A DNA stretch of 63,821 nucleotides, filler included, from Chiloscyllium plagiosum (taxonomy: Eukaryota): assembly GCF_004010195.1 (NCBI RefSeq). It is 4 parts of one record of this genome, joined end to end, with 100 filler letters (N's around TTAATTAATTAA, not from the genome) between each part and the next. Parts side by side here need not be neighbours in the genome. Positions count along the whole stretch, not along the records: positions 1 to 19,288 come from NC_057715.1; 3 more parts are not named here. One strand, 5' to 3'. Made by a program: the position numbers and the translations under genes. Of this stretch, positions 1-11,293 are shown piece by piece (position 1 is the stretch's first letter; each line of letters begins with the position of its first letter). The notes below the pieces were generated by a model. The model was not told the origin of the DNA and made no database searches. It was given only the letters and a program-made list of their open reading frames with translations.

Positions 1-2
1 TC

Positions 3-347
3 TTGATATTGTTGTAGGCTGGCTCCATCAGCCACTAAGTACATGGACAGGATGGTACTGACCGCGCTGAGGGCCATCTGTTGCACAGCTTGGGAACCGT
101 CAGCACAACGTGGAAGCAGTCCTCCAAGCAGCGTGCCCACAAGATTCTCCAGCACTTCCCTGCTGTCATCAAACCTCCGGGAAAACACCACGAGCATCTC
201 CGAGATGATGTGTACAGCGGTCTCCCGCTGATTGTCTTCCATCGAAAAGATCCCCTCCTCAATCTTCTGGATGATTTCGTCCTTGTCTTCAGTCTCAGCA
301 ATGATCTTCTCCATAGCCACACAAAAGACACCAATAACAGGCTTCAT
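3..347 (-). CDS. Partial (3'-open) intron-free coding frame for a HEAT-repeat protein, Maestro heat-like repeat (MROH)-like
   Basis: Hand translation from the ATG at 347 has no stop up to the window edge: MKPVIGVFCVAMEKIIAETEDKDEIIQKIEEGIFSMEDNQRETAVHIISEMLVVFSRRFDDSREVLENLVGTLLGGLLPRCADGSQAVQQMALSAVSTILSMYLVADGASLQQYQ. Amphipathic helical pattern; LLPRCAD..AVQQMAL resembles the MROH1-type LxPRCAD...RQ.A HEAT motif as I recall it. Missing from the ORF track because it lacks a stop in the window. The same frame continues upstream to 650 across one stop (423-425). Confidence 0.7.
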   Translation of the reverse strand, partial: MKPVIGVFCVAMEKIIAETEDKDEIIQKIEEGIFSMEDNQRETAVHIISEMLVVFSRRFDDSREVLENLVGTLLGGLLPRCADGSQAVQQMALSAVSTILSMYLVADGASLQQYQ

Positions 348-917
348 CTTTGAGTCGGCTTGTGAAAATCCTTTGATTCTGTTCTTGAACTCTGTCTTCA
401 ATCTTTCCCTCGAGTTGGGATGTTACCAATTCAGTTGACCAGAGCAGTTTGCTTGATCTCCTCTCTCGGCGTCTCTCCAGCACAAGTGCACAGATCGCTT
501 CAGTTTGTTGTGTTTTGTATGACCCTGTGATGATGTGTTGTCATGGTTCTCATTGTGATGACAGCGGCCGTCGTTTGTAATGGGGTCCTGAGCTCCCAGT
601 GGGTGTCGTGTGCTGGGATTTTCAAAAACAAACATCCCGTGAGGAGTCACAGAGATTATGACACAGAGTGTGGGCTCATGTCACAGAATCATAGAGCCAA
701 TCAGCACAGAATCAGTTCCTTCAGTGCATCCAGGTCATGGCAAAAATAATCCCAAACTAACCCAGGCCAAGCTGCCTGTCCCTGGTCTATATCCCTCCAA
801 ATATTTCAGATTCCCGTACTTCTTAAAATATCACTTTTATACACAAGAACTGAAAATGCATCAAAATAATATCATACGATTGAAATAACATAACACAGAA
901 ATCTAGAAGTAAACCTC

Positions 918-1699
918 GAAATAAGCCTGAAACTCAGGAGAAATTGCAAGATCCGTGTTACCCTCAGTCCATCATTATTCCAAATTTTTTTTGTTTTCAA
1001 CATCCCTCAACACAGGTGTCATTCCTGTTGAAAGCCATCGCTGGTACATTCTATTATCTGGGAGAACCCTTTCTCTCCCAAATTCCCTTCACTGAGGAAC
1101 TCTTCCTGTTCCATCACCTGGGAAATCTTTAATCAGAGCAATGTCCATTGTAGCACATGGCAGCTCTGTGGAAGCTGGTCATTTTTTTTCACAATATCTT
1201 GGATTTGAGTTCGATAATTTCTTCTTGATCATATCCTGAATCTGTGCAGTTCGTTTGGAAACTGTTGAGTCAGATGAAGCTCATCTTCATTTTGCGCAAG
1301 GAAACCTTCGTTCTCAAACTGTTGAACTACTTGTGCTGAAGTATGTAATTGTTTAAATTTGACTTATTGAGTGAGTTGGACATTTTCATTGGCCCTGTGT
1401 GGGTGATATCCTGGTGAATTAGATATTTCACATCCTCAATCATGTTACTCCAGGCTTACTGCTTATTTAATCTTTCATCTGTCAATGGGAGTAACACTTC
1501 TTCTTTGGAAGATGACGGATTAAGATCTTCCTCTTGAAGTTGATCTTGGGTCAACTCATCACCTGGCATTCAAGTCAAACTGTTGCAATAATTTGTTCAC
1601 CACATTGCTTTACTATCTGAATCACTTCAGTTCCAGATTCATTGATGGGTTCATGTGGGTTGCCCTGGAAATTTATTATTTTCTCAACTGCATTTTAGA
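918..1699 (-). pseudogene. Decayed coding-like segment (E/Q/N-rich, unknown product), copy 1 of a duplicated block
   Basis: Minus strand gives protein-like stretches (NAVEKIINFQGNPHEPINESGTEVIQIVKQCGEQII; MPGDELTQDQLQEEDLNPSSSKEEVLLPLTDERLNKQ*) broken by stops and frameshifts; paralogous to 17272-18123. Confidence 0.45.
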
Positions 1700-2270
1700 T
1701 TCACAGAGACACAGAGCTGGCGAGCATGGTAATAGTCCCTTCGGTACAACTCGTCCATACCGACCAGCTAACTCAAATTAATCCACTCCCATTTGCCAGC
1801 ATTTGGCACATATCCCTCTAAACGCTTCCTATTCATAGTCCTATCTAGAATCCTTTTACATGTTGTAATTATACCAGCCTCCAACAATTTCTTTGGCAGG
1901 TCGTTGCCTGAAAACCCTGTGCCTGAAAACGTTGCCCCTCACTTCCCTTTTGAATATTTCCTTGCTTGCCTTAAACCTAAGTCTTTAGGTTTTGAACTCC
2001 CATACCCTGGGGAAAAGACCTTGCCGACTCACCCTATTCATGCTCCACATGATTTTATAAACTCCCATAATTTCACTCCATTCAGCCTCTCCCGAAAGCT
2101 CAAACTCTCTAACCCTTTCACAACATCCTTTATGTAACAGGGAGACCAGAATTGAATGTAGTGATCCAAAAGTGGCCTCACCAATGTCCTGTACAGCCGC
2201 GACATGATCAAAGCAGTGGATCCAGCACCAATCCTTTAGGCACACTGTTGGTGACAGGCCTCCTGTCTGA
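1700..2270 (-). mobile_element. CR1 LINE 3'-end fragment
   Basis: Minus-strand RT C-terminal remnants (VYKIMWSMNRVSRQGLFPRVWEFKT) and a CR1 3' UTR shared with the copies at 13474, 28310-29148, 34115 and 49640. Confidence 0.85.
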
Positions 2271-3377
2271 CAAGCAACCTTCCACACTTTTAAAGTAAAG
2301 GGATAAACAATGAAATAAAACCAAGGCCGCGAAACTGCCCCGATCAGACCCACCCGGGACACGGACTGATCCGGGTAAAACACACAGCAAAGCCCACTCT
2401 GGTCTAACAAGCCAGAAAATAAAACTGCCTTGACTTTGTTAAACATAAATAATGATCTGGTCACTCTGAGGAGATACAAAAATAAAAAAACAGATAAAAA
2501 GTGGCTCTCCCATGATTCTGTCTGCAATTCCCTCTTTTGGGCAGGGACAATGAGGGACCAAAGTAAAAAATAAACTCAAACAAAATCAAAGAAAACAAAT
2601 GAATAAACTGTTGTGAAGGTGGATAGACTAAGTGTAGACTGTGAGGCAGGAAGATAGAATGTGGTGTTTATAAAATTGTAAAGTTGTAAAATGGAGAAAG
2701 CATGGCGTGGTCCCTTTAAAAGATTGTTTTTATGCTTAGAGTTAAAATGGATGTCTGTGAGCAGCTTGAACATTTGTCAGAACACAGAGATCCTGAACTG
2801 AAGCATTTTGTATCGAAACGGCAGAACAGGTGGAAGATTCTTTATCCGAACATCCAAAAAAAGAAAAGCTCTGAAATCCAAGTTTTTTATGTAAAGTTTT
2901 TTTCTCATTAACAAGGTCATTTGGAGAGCAAACACTTAACCCAAATCAACACCCACTCAATGTGTGTCATTCAGATGCGACGTGGGATGGTATGGCCAAG
3001 CACTGACAGGCCGAGGGTTTCTCTGTGAACGCCCAAGTCAACACCGACTTGATGAGTGTCTCTCACATGTGACATTAGGGGGGGTCGTGGCCAAGTATGT
3101 TCTTAGTTAGAGGTCTGCTTCTCCAGTAAGAGTTTAATGGTGAAATTTTAAAAAATGTCACTATTGTGAAAATCAAAAATTTGAATTCTGAAAAACAGCT
3201 GGTCCCGAGCATTTCGGAGAAAGGATCTTCGATTTGTAACGTTAGTAAAAACTGCTGCCTGGGCCTGCTAATACAGCAAGGTTTTCATTTCGCAAATCAA
3301 TTTGAATGGAGCCGTGAGATACCAAAATCTTGTTAAATTTAAATCGGATGGTTTTGACAACACAGGCCCAATCCTAT

Positions 3378-3976
3378 TGTAAGAAATATTGATATTGTCA
3401 TCAAGGATATAAAAGAGGGGGCAGTTGGACAATGACCCCAGAGCTACCTGCCATCAGCCAGAGCTAACAGCCCTCAGCTCGAGAGATAGAGACTGGCTCT
3501 CACAGTCATCGGTATTTCCTGACAGAGGAACGACAAAGAAGGCATTTCTGACAGAAGAATTGGAGGAAAAGCCATTCCTGACAGGAGACTGACGGAGGAG
3601 GCACTGAACATTCCACAAGACATGGAACCTGACTGTAATTTCTAGAGACCAAATTCTATTTCTTCCATTGTATGAGTGGGACATTGGACAACATTCCATT
3701 AGAATCTTGTTTTATTTGGTAGTAGTTCATAGTTAGAAGGGATTTATTTTGTTTGCTTATAGTTTTGTTTATTTATCTAACTCTAAGAGAACACATTAAC
3801 TGTTACTTGTTGATATTAAGGGGAATATCGGGGATTTGTTTTATTTAACCACAAGAAGTTGCTGAAAGGCAGGTTACACCACTTTTCACACCCTTTTTAC
3901 AGATTAGATGGTGAGGTACTCCTTTTGGGTATTTTGCTTTGAGTTCTCCAGGGTGGTTAACATCCCCTTAATAACA
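3378..3976 (+). mobile_element. LTR of a Gypsy (Gmr1-like) retrotransposon
   Basis: Starts TGT, ends ATAACA, TATAAAA at ~3408, followed by a degenerate PBS-like sequence and gag; a diverged inverted homolog lies at 6557-7113. Confidence 0.7.
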
Positions 3977-4159
3977 GATCGGTAGCTCGGGTGCAGCATT
4001 TGGTCGTATCTGGAGGGATCTGGACAGATTTGAACAGACGTAGGGTATGAAAGGTCCCAGCAGATTCAAACAAACTTTGTGACTAGCGTCCTAAGTCTTT
4101 AAATAAAACATCAGTGACAATTGGAAAATCTGTTTAATTTCAGTTGCCTGTTGTGGGGT

Positions 4160-5510
4160 AAATGGAAAGTGGGGAAATGGGTCTTAACATTACGGAAGAG
4201 GTTCTGGGGGCAAAGATGCTTTCCAAATTTGCCGAGCAAGTTTTGAAAGACAGAAAATGGTGACTGTTTAGAATGAGCAAACAGGCCAAAAGTGGGTTTA
4301 ACGAAGGATAGTAAGAAAGCTGAAATTGTAAGGGAGTTAACCAAGCATTTAGCTATGGCTAACACTGTAGGTATATAACTTTAAGTGCAATGGAGTTAGA
4401 AAAAAAAATTACAAATGAGAGAATTGGAGTCAGAAAGTGAAAAAGAGAGAGAGAGCAGAAAGGGGTCTGAAACAGATTGAATTACAGTTACATGCAGAGG
4501 AACGGGAAATGGAAAGAGGAAAGAAGATTCCCAGCAGAGGAAAAAGAGAAAGAGAGAGAAGAAAGGGATAAAGAGAGAGAATTTGATCTACAGAAGTTGG
4601 CAATTAGACAGGAAAGTTGACATAATAGGATGCATGTGAAGGTAGAAGATAGGCTTAGTGAGGAGGATAGTGATAATGAGTAAACCCAGGTAGCCAAAGG
4701 CTTGGTCGGGATATCTTCAAACATGTCAATACTTGATCAAAATTCAATGAAAAGGATGTGGAAGCCTTTTTTGTTTTCCTTTGAGAAATTGGCTCAACAG
4801 ATGGACTGACCAGAAACTGCGTGGATAAGATTAATTCAGACCATATTAAGGAGGCAGGGTTACTGAGGTGCTTGCAGCTCTGTCAGAGGTGGTGTCAGGA
4901 GAATAGGAAGAAGTGAAAAAGGCTATTTAGAGTGCCTACAAATTGATATCAGAAGCATACAGACAATGTTGGAGCTGTGTTGTTACAGGACAATGATTGT
5001 GGAATTGATACACCAAATCAGTTATTTTTAACCAAAAATCAATATCCACCAGAAAAAATATTCCACTGGTGGAAAAGAGTTATTGAGTCTGGTAATGCCA
5101 CTGGTGGAAAAGAGTTATTGAGTCTGGTAATGACCTCACAACATTTTAATGTTCACGTTGCAAACAATGCATCAGAGATGATTGTGTATACCAATTACAA
5201 TCCTTTGACATTCCTGGAAAGGTTTGATGACAAGAGCATCAGATTATTTCATTGGAGTCTCATGTTACAAGTGTTTAAGTTTCAGATTGTATACATTGTG
5301 TGTCATGAAAATATTATTGCGATGCTTTATCCAGAGTTAAAAAGAAAAATGTTCGTATGAGACAGAAACAGTAGGGTTCTATATATATATATATATATAT
5401 ATATAGCGTAACTGTAGATTAATGAGCTACGGATCTGGTGATATAATGGAGTTAAATGTACAAAAAAGATAGAAGCCATTTTTTCGCAATGATGGCTTAT
5501 TTTTCCTTAA
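4160..5510 (+). mobile_element. Degenerate Gypsy gag fused by deletion to RNase H and 3' UTR
   Basis: E/R/K coiled-coil, then KFNEKDVEAFF...FEKLAQQM...EEVKKAILSAYKLISEAYRQ (gag), then an abrupt jump to GAVLLQ...KELLSLV...IVYTNYNPLTFL...RLFHWSLMLQ...ENIIA (RNase H); 35-bp tandem duplication at ~5063-5132; (TA)n at ~5380-5405. Confidence 0.85.
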
Positions 5511-5513
5511 TGG

Positions 5514-6400
5514 TGCTGCAACTTTCAGACATTTCAGATGGTAGAAAAACCATAGGCAGGAATAAAACCAATACCTTTGTTGTCAATCCTCGCTTTTCAA
5601 GAATATTTTACATGGATTATAAATGATTATAATGGTCCCCTCATGAAAACCAAAAGTGGGAACCAGTATTTGCTAACCAGAATGGTTTGTCTACTAGGTT
5701 GCTGGAGGCAATTCCATTACGGAATGTCAAGGCGCAAAAGGTTTTGGAGGAGATGCTTGCTTTCTTTAGTCATTGTGAATTACTCTGCGATTCAGTCAGG
5801 CCAATTTTACTATCAAATTATGTAAGGATGTCATAGTTTCTGCATTCAACACATTACATCAAGTGTGTACCATCCTGAATCTCAGGGAGGATTGGAAATG
5901 GGGCATCAGCACCTAAAGACCATGTTGAGGGCATATTGTCAGGATTACTCAAGTGATTGAGTTAAAGTTATCCCATTTATGTTATTTACTGTGAGAGATG
6001 CTTCAAATGAATTGACTCAGTTTGTTCCATTTGAAGTGATGTTCAGACACAAAGTATGAGGTCCTTTAAAATTAATTAAGGAAAAATTGATAGGTCTGAA
6101 GCCCGAGATTTCTCCATTGGATTATGTATCAGAGGTGAGAGACAGATTAAACAGAGTAGGTGTATTTGCTCGATAATGTTGCAAGGTGGCTCAGCACCTA
6201 ATGAAGAAAGAAATAGGTAAGAAATTTCAAATTTGTACAGTTGCCCGTGAGGATAAAGTAATGCTGTCACCAGTGATGGGAAATCCCTTCAAAGGAAGGT
6301 TTAGTAGTTCTTATCAGATTGAAAAGAAATGAAGTCAGGTGAATTATCTGCTAAAGATGCCAGATAGGAAAAAATATCAGTATATCACGTGAATGTGCTT
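5514..6400 (+). mobile_element. Gypsy integrase core fragment (degenerate)
   Basis: GPLMKTKSGNQYLLT, SVYHPESQGGLE...LKTMLRAYC, IPFMLFTVRD, C-terminal YHVNVL motifs; many stops and frameshifts. Confidence 0.9.
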
Positions 6401-6556
6401 CATCTTCCTTGTGGATGACCTCCCCAACAGAGAGTCTCCATCCATCCCAATGGCATCCATAAATGAGATATCTCTACCCAGCAGGAGGGTCTGAGGGGGT
6501 ATCGTTCGGGGATGGGTGGTGATGTCAGGTGCGGCTGCTCTGTTGCTGGCAGATCT

Positions 6557-7113
6557 TACACAGCGGAGGTTGACTCCCCATTGAGAACTGAAACCAAAAA
6601 CTCAGAGGAGCACCTCACCCTTTAATCTAAAAAAGGGTGTGAAAAATGGTGTCATCTGCCTTTCAGCAACTTCTAGTGGTTAACTAAACTAAACCTCTGA
6701 CACTCACTTTAAAACTAGCAAGTAATAATTTATTTATACAACTCGAACAGTGAACAAATTAACAAAACTATTAACAAATCAAATAATTCCCTTGTATCTA
6801 CGAGCTATTCCTGAATAAAATAAGATTATAATAGTGTGCTGTTCCAATAAATAGAAGTTTCACTCGTATAACAAAACTTGAATTTTGTCTCTCAAAATTC
6901 CAGCCAGGTTACGTATCTTCCAGAATGGTCGGTGCCTCGTCTGTTGATCTGTCAGGAACGTCTTCAGTCGTCCTTCTGTCAGGAATTAAATGGTGCTTTC
7001 TCTAATACATAGATGACTGAGAGCACCAATTTATCTCTCTAGAGCTTAGGGCTCTTAGCTCTAGCGGATGGCAATTAACTCTGGGTTCTTTGTCCAACTG
7101 CCCCCTTTTAGAA
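6557..7113 (-). mobile_element. Second Gypsy LTR, inverted relative to the first
   Basis: Reverse complement matches 3409-3970 (e.g. AAAAGGGGGCAGTTGGACAA, AGAAGTTGCTGAAAGGCAG, TTTTCACACCCTTTTT) with substantial divergence. Confidence 0.75.
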
Positions 7114-7114
7114 C

Positions 7115-7494
7115 CAAGTGTGTACCATCCTGAATCTCAGGGAGGATTGGAAATGGGGCATCAGCACCTAAAGACCATGTTGAGGGCATATTGTCAGGAT
7201 TACTCAAGTGATTGGGTTAAAGTTATCCCATTTATGTTATTTACTGTGAGAGATGCTACAAATGAATTGACTCAGTTTGTTCCATTTGAATTGATGTTCA
7301 GACAGAAAGTATGAGGTCCTTTAAAATTAATTAAGGAAAAATTGATAGGTCTGAAGCCCGAGATTTCTCCGTTGGATTATGTATCAGAGGTGAGAGACAG
7401 ATTAAACAGAGTAGGTGTATTTGCTAGATAATATTGCAAGGTGGCACAGCACCTAATGAAGAAAGAAATAGGTAAGAAATTTCAAATTTGTACA
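7115..7494 (+). repeat. Direct duplicate of the integrase segment 5860-6239
   Basis: 380-bp near-identical copy, about 8 substitutions counted by eye. Confidence 0.95.
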
Positions 7495-9073
7495 TATTGG
7501 TTTTATTCCTGCCTATGGTTTTTCTACCATCTGAAATGTCTGAAAGGTGCAGCAAAATTCAACCACATCTTTCTGTAATCCAGGCCAATAAAAAAGCTTC
7601 TGTATCTTAGCCTGAGTGTTCCTCACTCCTGGATCAACTCCGACAGGTAATATGTGTACTACATGCAAAACTTCTGGTCTCTACTCTACCAGCAACACAA
7701 TCTGGTGAACTTGCACCCATATCTCATTTGCACTACCCTGCCAAGGTCTCCATGTCTGCCTTGAGATTTTATCCTTAAGATAATACCATTCTGGAATACA
7801 CTCTGATTCTTTTTCCAAACGGGCTTCATGACATAAATCCTTTACCATCTCATCCTTTTGTTGTAACTCCATTAATCTTTCAGAACTAAACAACCCACCC
7901 TAATCCTCTAACTTGCTTAGCTTTTTCCTTGACCATCTCATCAGAGTGTCAGCTAACTGGACCACAACTCCTTGGTCTTTCTCTTTTCCCTTTCTTGTTT
8001 GAACTTATGTCTATAGGTTTGTGTCAACAGGCCAAAAAAATTGCCAGGTACTTTTCTTTTAACTCCTCAGTTCCCTGGTTTCCTTGGTCTTTCTCTTTTC
8101 CCCTTCTTGTTTCAACTTATGTCTATAGGTTTGTGTCACCAGGCCAGAAAAAATGCCAGGTACTTTTCTTTTAACTCCTCAGTTCCCTGGTTTTCTTTTG
8201 GTTTCTCCACTCCAGTACACTGGGCCTCACTCCCAGCTGTGATCCAGTGATATCATTCCCAAGAATTAACTGGATTCCTGGAATAGCCAATTTTCCCGTC
8301 ACTCCCACTATCACTTCCCCAATCTTGATTCAACTTTCTAACCTTATCGTACACAGGGGAATACCACTCCTCTCTCTATTTATTCTATAGATTATCACAC
8401 TCTCAGACAATATTTCAGAAGGATTGCAAATATTTTCATCTCTCACTATTAGAGACACACTAGTTCTCATATCTCTTCATATATTTTTTTTTACTTATTC
8501 TCCCTTTTCTACCCGAGTAAAACTTACTCACAAAGGTGAAATCTTTGAAAAGGTCAAGCCGGTGACTAGGCTGTGCACTCTCCTTCACCTCCTCGACGTC
8601 TCAAGATTTCCTTCATTGCCTTAAGTAATCTGACTGGTTTAAAGAACACTCTTTTATCACATTCTTCTTCCCAGTGCCTTTCTGAAACCACTGGCACTGT
8701 GACTTTGTGTGTCTCACATTATTGCTATGAAAGCACTTGAGACCTCTTTTCTATCCTATTGGGTTTCTTTTTTCCACATGTGGTAAACTGTTTCTAGTGT
8801 GATCTACTTTTTGCTTTTCATTGAAGGATTCCCCACTTTCCCAATTTCTAACCCTCATGGAATGAAATTGCTGTCAGAATCGAGATTTCGAACTGCGGAC
8901 TAACGCTTATTCATTTACCATCTCGTCAGCTCTTCTGGGTGTTTTAAATTTCTGTTCCTCAGCGTGAGCTCTTATCAATTCTGGAAATGAGTTTTTACAC
9001 TCCTTCAGCAAAATAATATCTCTAAGAGCCTCATACATCATTTCTATCTTTAATGCTTTCATTCATCTATTGA
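7495..9073 (-). mobile_element. Gypsy gag C-terminus, zinc knuckle, protease region and integrase N-terminus (Gmr1-like order), truncated by a gap
   Basis: Minus strand: MKALKIEMMYEALRDIILLKECKNSFPE (gag), LKCFH...HTKSQC (knuckle), GIQLILGND (protease end), FSSERLMELQQKD...VHQIVL, FYWPGLQKDVVEFC (integrase zinc finger) with no RT in between; ~117-bp tandem duplication at ~7970-8195. Confidence 0.85.
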
Positions 9074-9573
9074 NNNNNNNNNNNNNNNNNNNNNNNNNNN
9101 NNNNNNNNNNNNNNNNNNNNNNNNNNNNNNNNNNNNNNNNNNNNNNNNNNNNNNNNNNNNNNNNNNNNNNNNNNNNNNNNNNNNNNNNNNNNNNNNNNNN
9201 NNNNNNNNNNNNNNNNNNNNNNNNNNNNNNNNNNNNNNNNNNNNNNNNNNNNNNNNNNNNNNNNNNNNNNNNNNNNNNNNNNNNNNNNNNNNNNNNNNNN
9301 NNNNNNNNNNNNNNNNNNNNNNNNNNNNNNNNNNNNNNNNNNNNNNNNNNNNNNNNNNNNNNNNNNNNNNNNNNNNNNNNNNNNNNNNNNNNNNNNNNNN
9401 NNNNNNNNNNNNNNNNNNNNNNNNNNNNNNNNNNNNNNNNNNNNNNNNNNNNNNNNNNNNNNNNNNNNNNNNNNNNNNNNNNNNNNNNNNNNNNNNNNNN
9501 NNNNNNNNNNNNNNNNNNNNNNNNNNNNNNNNNNNNNNNNNNNNNNNNNNNNNNNNNNNNNNNNNNNNNNNNN

Positions 9574-9829
9574 TGAAGAGACATTTCTTCAGCCAGAGAG
9601 TGGTGGACCGTGGAATTCACTGCCACGGAGCGCAGTTGAGGCTGGGACATTAAATACATTCAAGGCAGAGATTGATAAATTCTTTATCTTGCAAGGAATT
9701 AAGGGATACGGGGAGAGTGTGGGTTGGTGGCGTTGAAATGCCCATCAGCCATGATGAAATGATGGAGTGGACTCGATGGGCTGAATAGCCTTAATTCCAC
9801 TCCTATTTCTCATGGTCTTATGGTCTTAT
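9574..9829 (+). mobile_element. CR1 LINE 3' end
   Basis: RHFFSQRVV..WNSLP motif and (ATGGTCTT)n tail; same subfamily as 61021-62197. Confidence 0.9.
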
Positions 9830-10234
9830 CTTTTAAAGGCACCATGTAAAAGTCCAGGCTCCAGGAACTGACATTTCAAGAAAATAGCTGGTCAGAAATA
9901 GAGGCCAGAAAGTGTCTCCCAACAACAGCAGCCAGTCTGAATTACATGTCCCTCCAGGCAGGCAGACTGCAGTGCACGAGGCTCCAGGTTCCAAACAGCA
10001 GCTACTCTCTGGTGCAGTTGGCGTTATTACAGCAATCTTAACTCACCAAGAAGAAATGCAGTACACCAGGCTCCCAAAGGCAGCAGCAGTGAAGAATCCC
10101 AAGCTCCATTCCCTCCACAGTACTCGAGGCTCCAGGCTTTAGGCCTAAACTAGCTCCAGCTGTTCTGAGTTACAGCAGGTGTTGCCACTCCAGCTTCCAC
10201 ATTCCAGTGACAGCAGCAACAGAGTGCAGTCTCC

Positions 10235-10815
10235 TAATACACTGCCCTCTACAGGGAAAATAACCCTCCCTCTCCACTCTCTTTCTCTTGCAATCGAGCC
10301 AGTTCTGTTGCCAAATTCTCCCTGTATTCAATGTGATCAACCTTGCTAACCAGCCTGCCATATGGAACCTTGTTGAATGCCTCACTGAAGTCCATATACA
10401 ACACATCCTCTGCTCTGCCTTCATCAGCCCACTTCGTTATTGCTTCAAAAAACTCAATCAAGTTAATGAGACATTATTTCCAATGTACAACACAATGTAG
10501 ACTGCTGAATGAGTGCTATTTATTGAAGTACATTTCCCTTAAGATCCCCTCAAACAACTTGCCCACCTCTGATGTCAGTCTCATCAGTCTATAGTTCCGT
10601 GGCTTTTCCTTCCACCTTTTTTAAACAGTGGCACCACTGTAGTCAACCTCCAGTCTTCCGGTACCGCGTCTGTGACTATCAATGATACAAATATTTCAGC
10701 AAGAGGCTCAGCAATCACTTCTCTAGCTTCCCACAGAGTTCAAGGGGACACTGATCAGGTCCCAGGGATCAATCCACCTTTATGCATTTTATGAAATCCA
10801 GCACCTCCTCCACAT
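10235..10815 (-). mobile_element. CR1 LINE reverse-transcriptase fragment
   Basis: IEFFEAITKWADEGRAEDVLYMDFSEAFNKVPYGRLVSKV. Confidence 0.9.
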
Positions 10816-11293
10816 CTTTTGAGTCCATGTTTGATGTTATTTCTCTGTTATTCAAAGAGATGATCTGCAGATAGAGAACTGGAAGATAAAAGATAAACGA
10901 AATTAAGGAGAATAAAATTGGTTACAGGTTAAAGAGGTTACAAAATTTGAAAATAGTGAATTTTGGATAATGTATGCAAATAGATTAACTGAGAGAAAAA
11001 CACAGATGTTGACAGTTTGAGCAGATCATTCCACTCAAAAGACGAAGGAACGTGACGTAGATGACAAAAATGTGATCTTAGACTTGGTTATTGGGTAAGG
11101 GTTGGGGTTGTGACCCTTGCCTTGGCCATAATAAGAGCAGTCATGAAGGAAACACAATTTGTAGAAGAGGCAAATGAGAGGATCCATCAACGGACTAAAC
11201 ATACCAAAACAATTAGAACTCGTGCTCCAAGGCAAATGAGGTGTTGGAGATGTAATGTTCAAGTACATCCATGGGTGAGAATATATTGCATAT

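Noticed and set aside
35..749. Plus-strand and off-frame short ORFs listed at the left edge
   Set aside because: Antisense or alternative frames of the MROH-like coding sequence
9063..9659. Long ORFs spanning N-runs (also 16343-17160)
   Set aside because: Length comes from X residues in gaps
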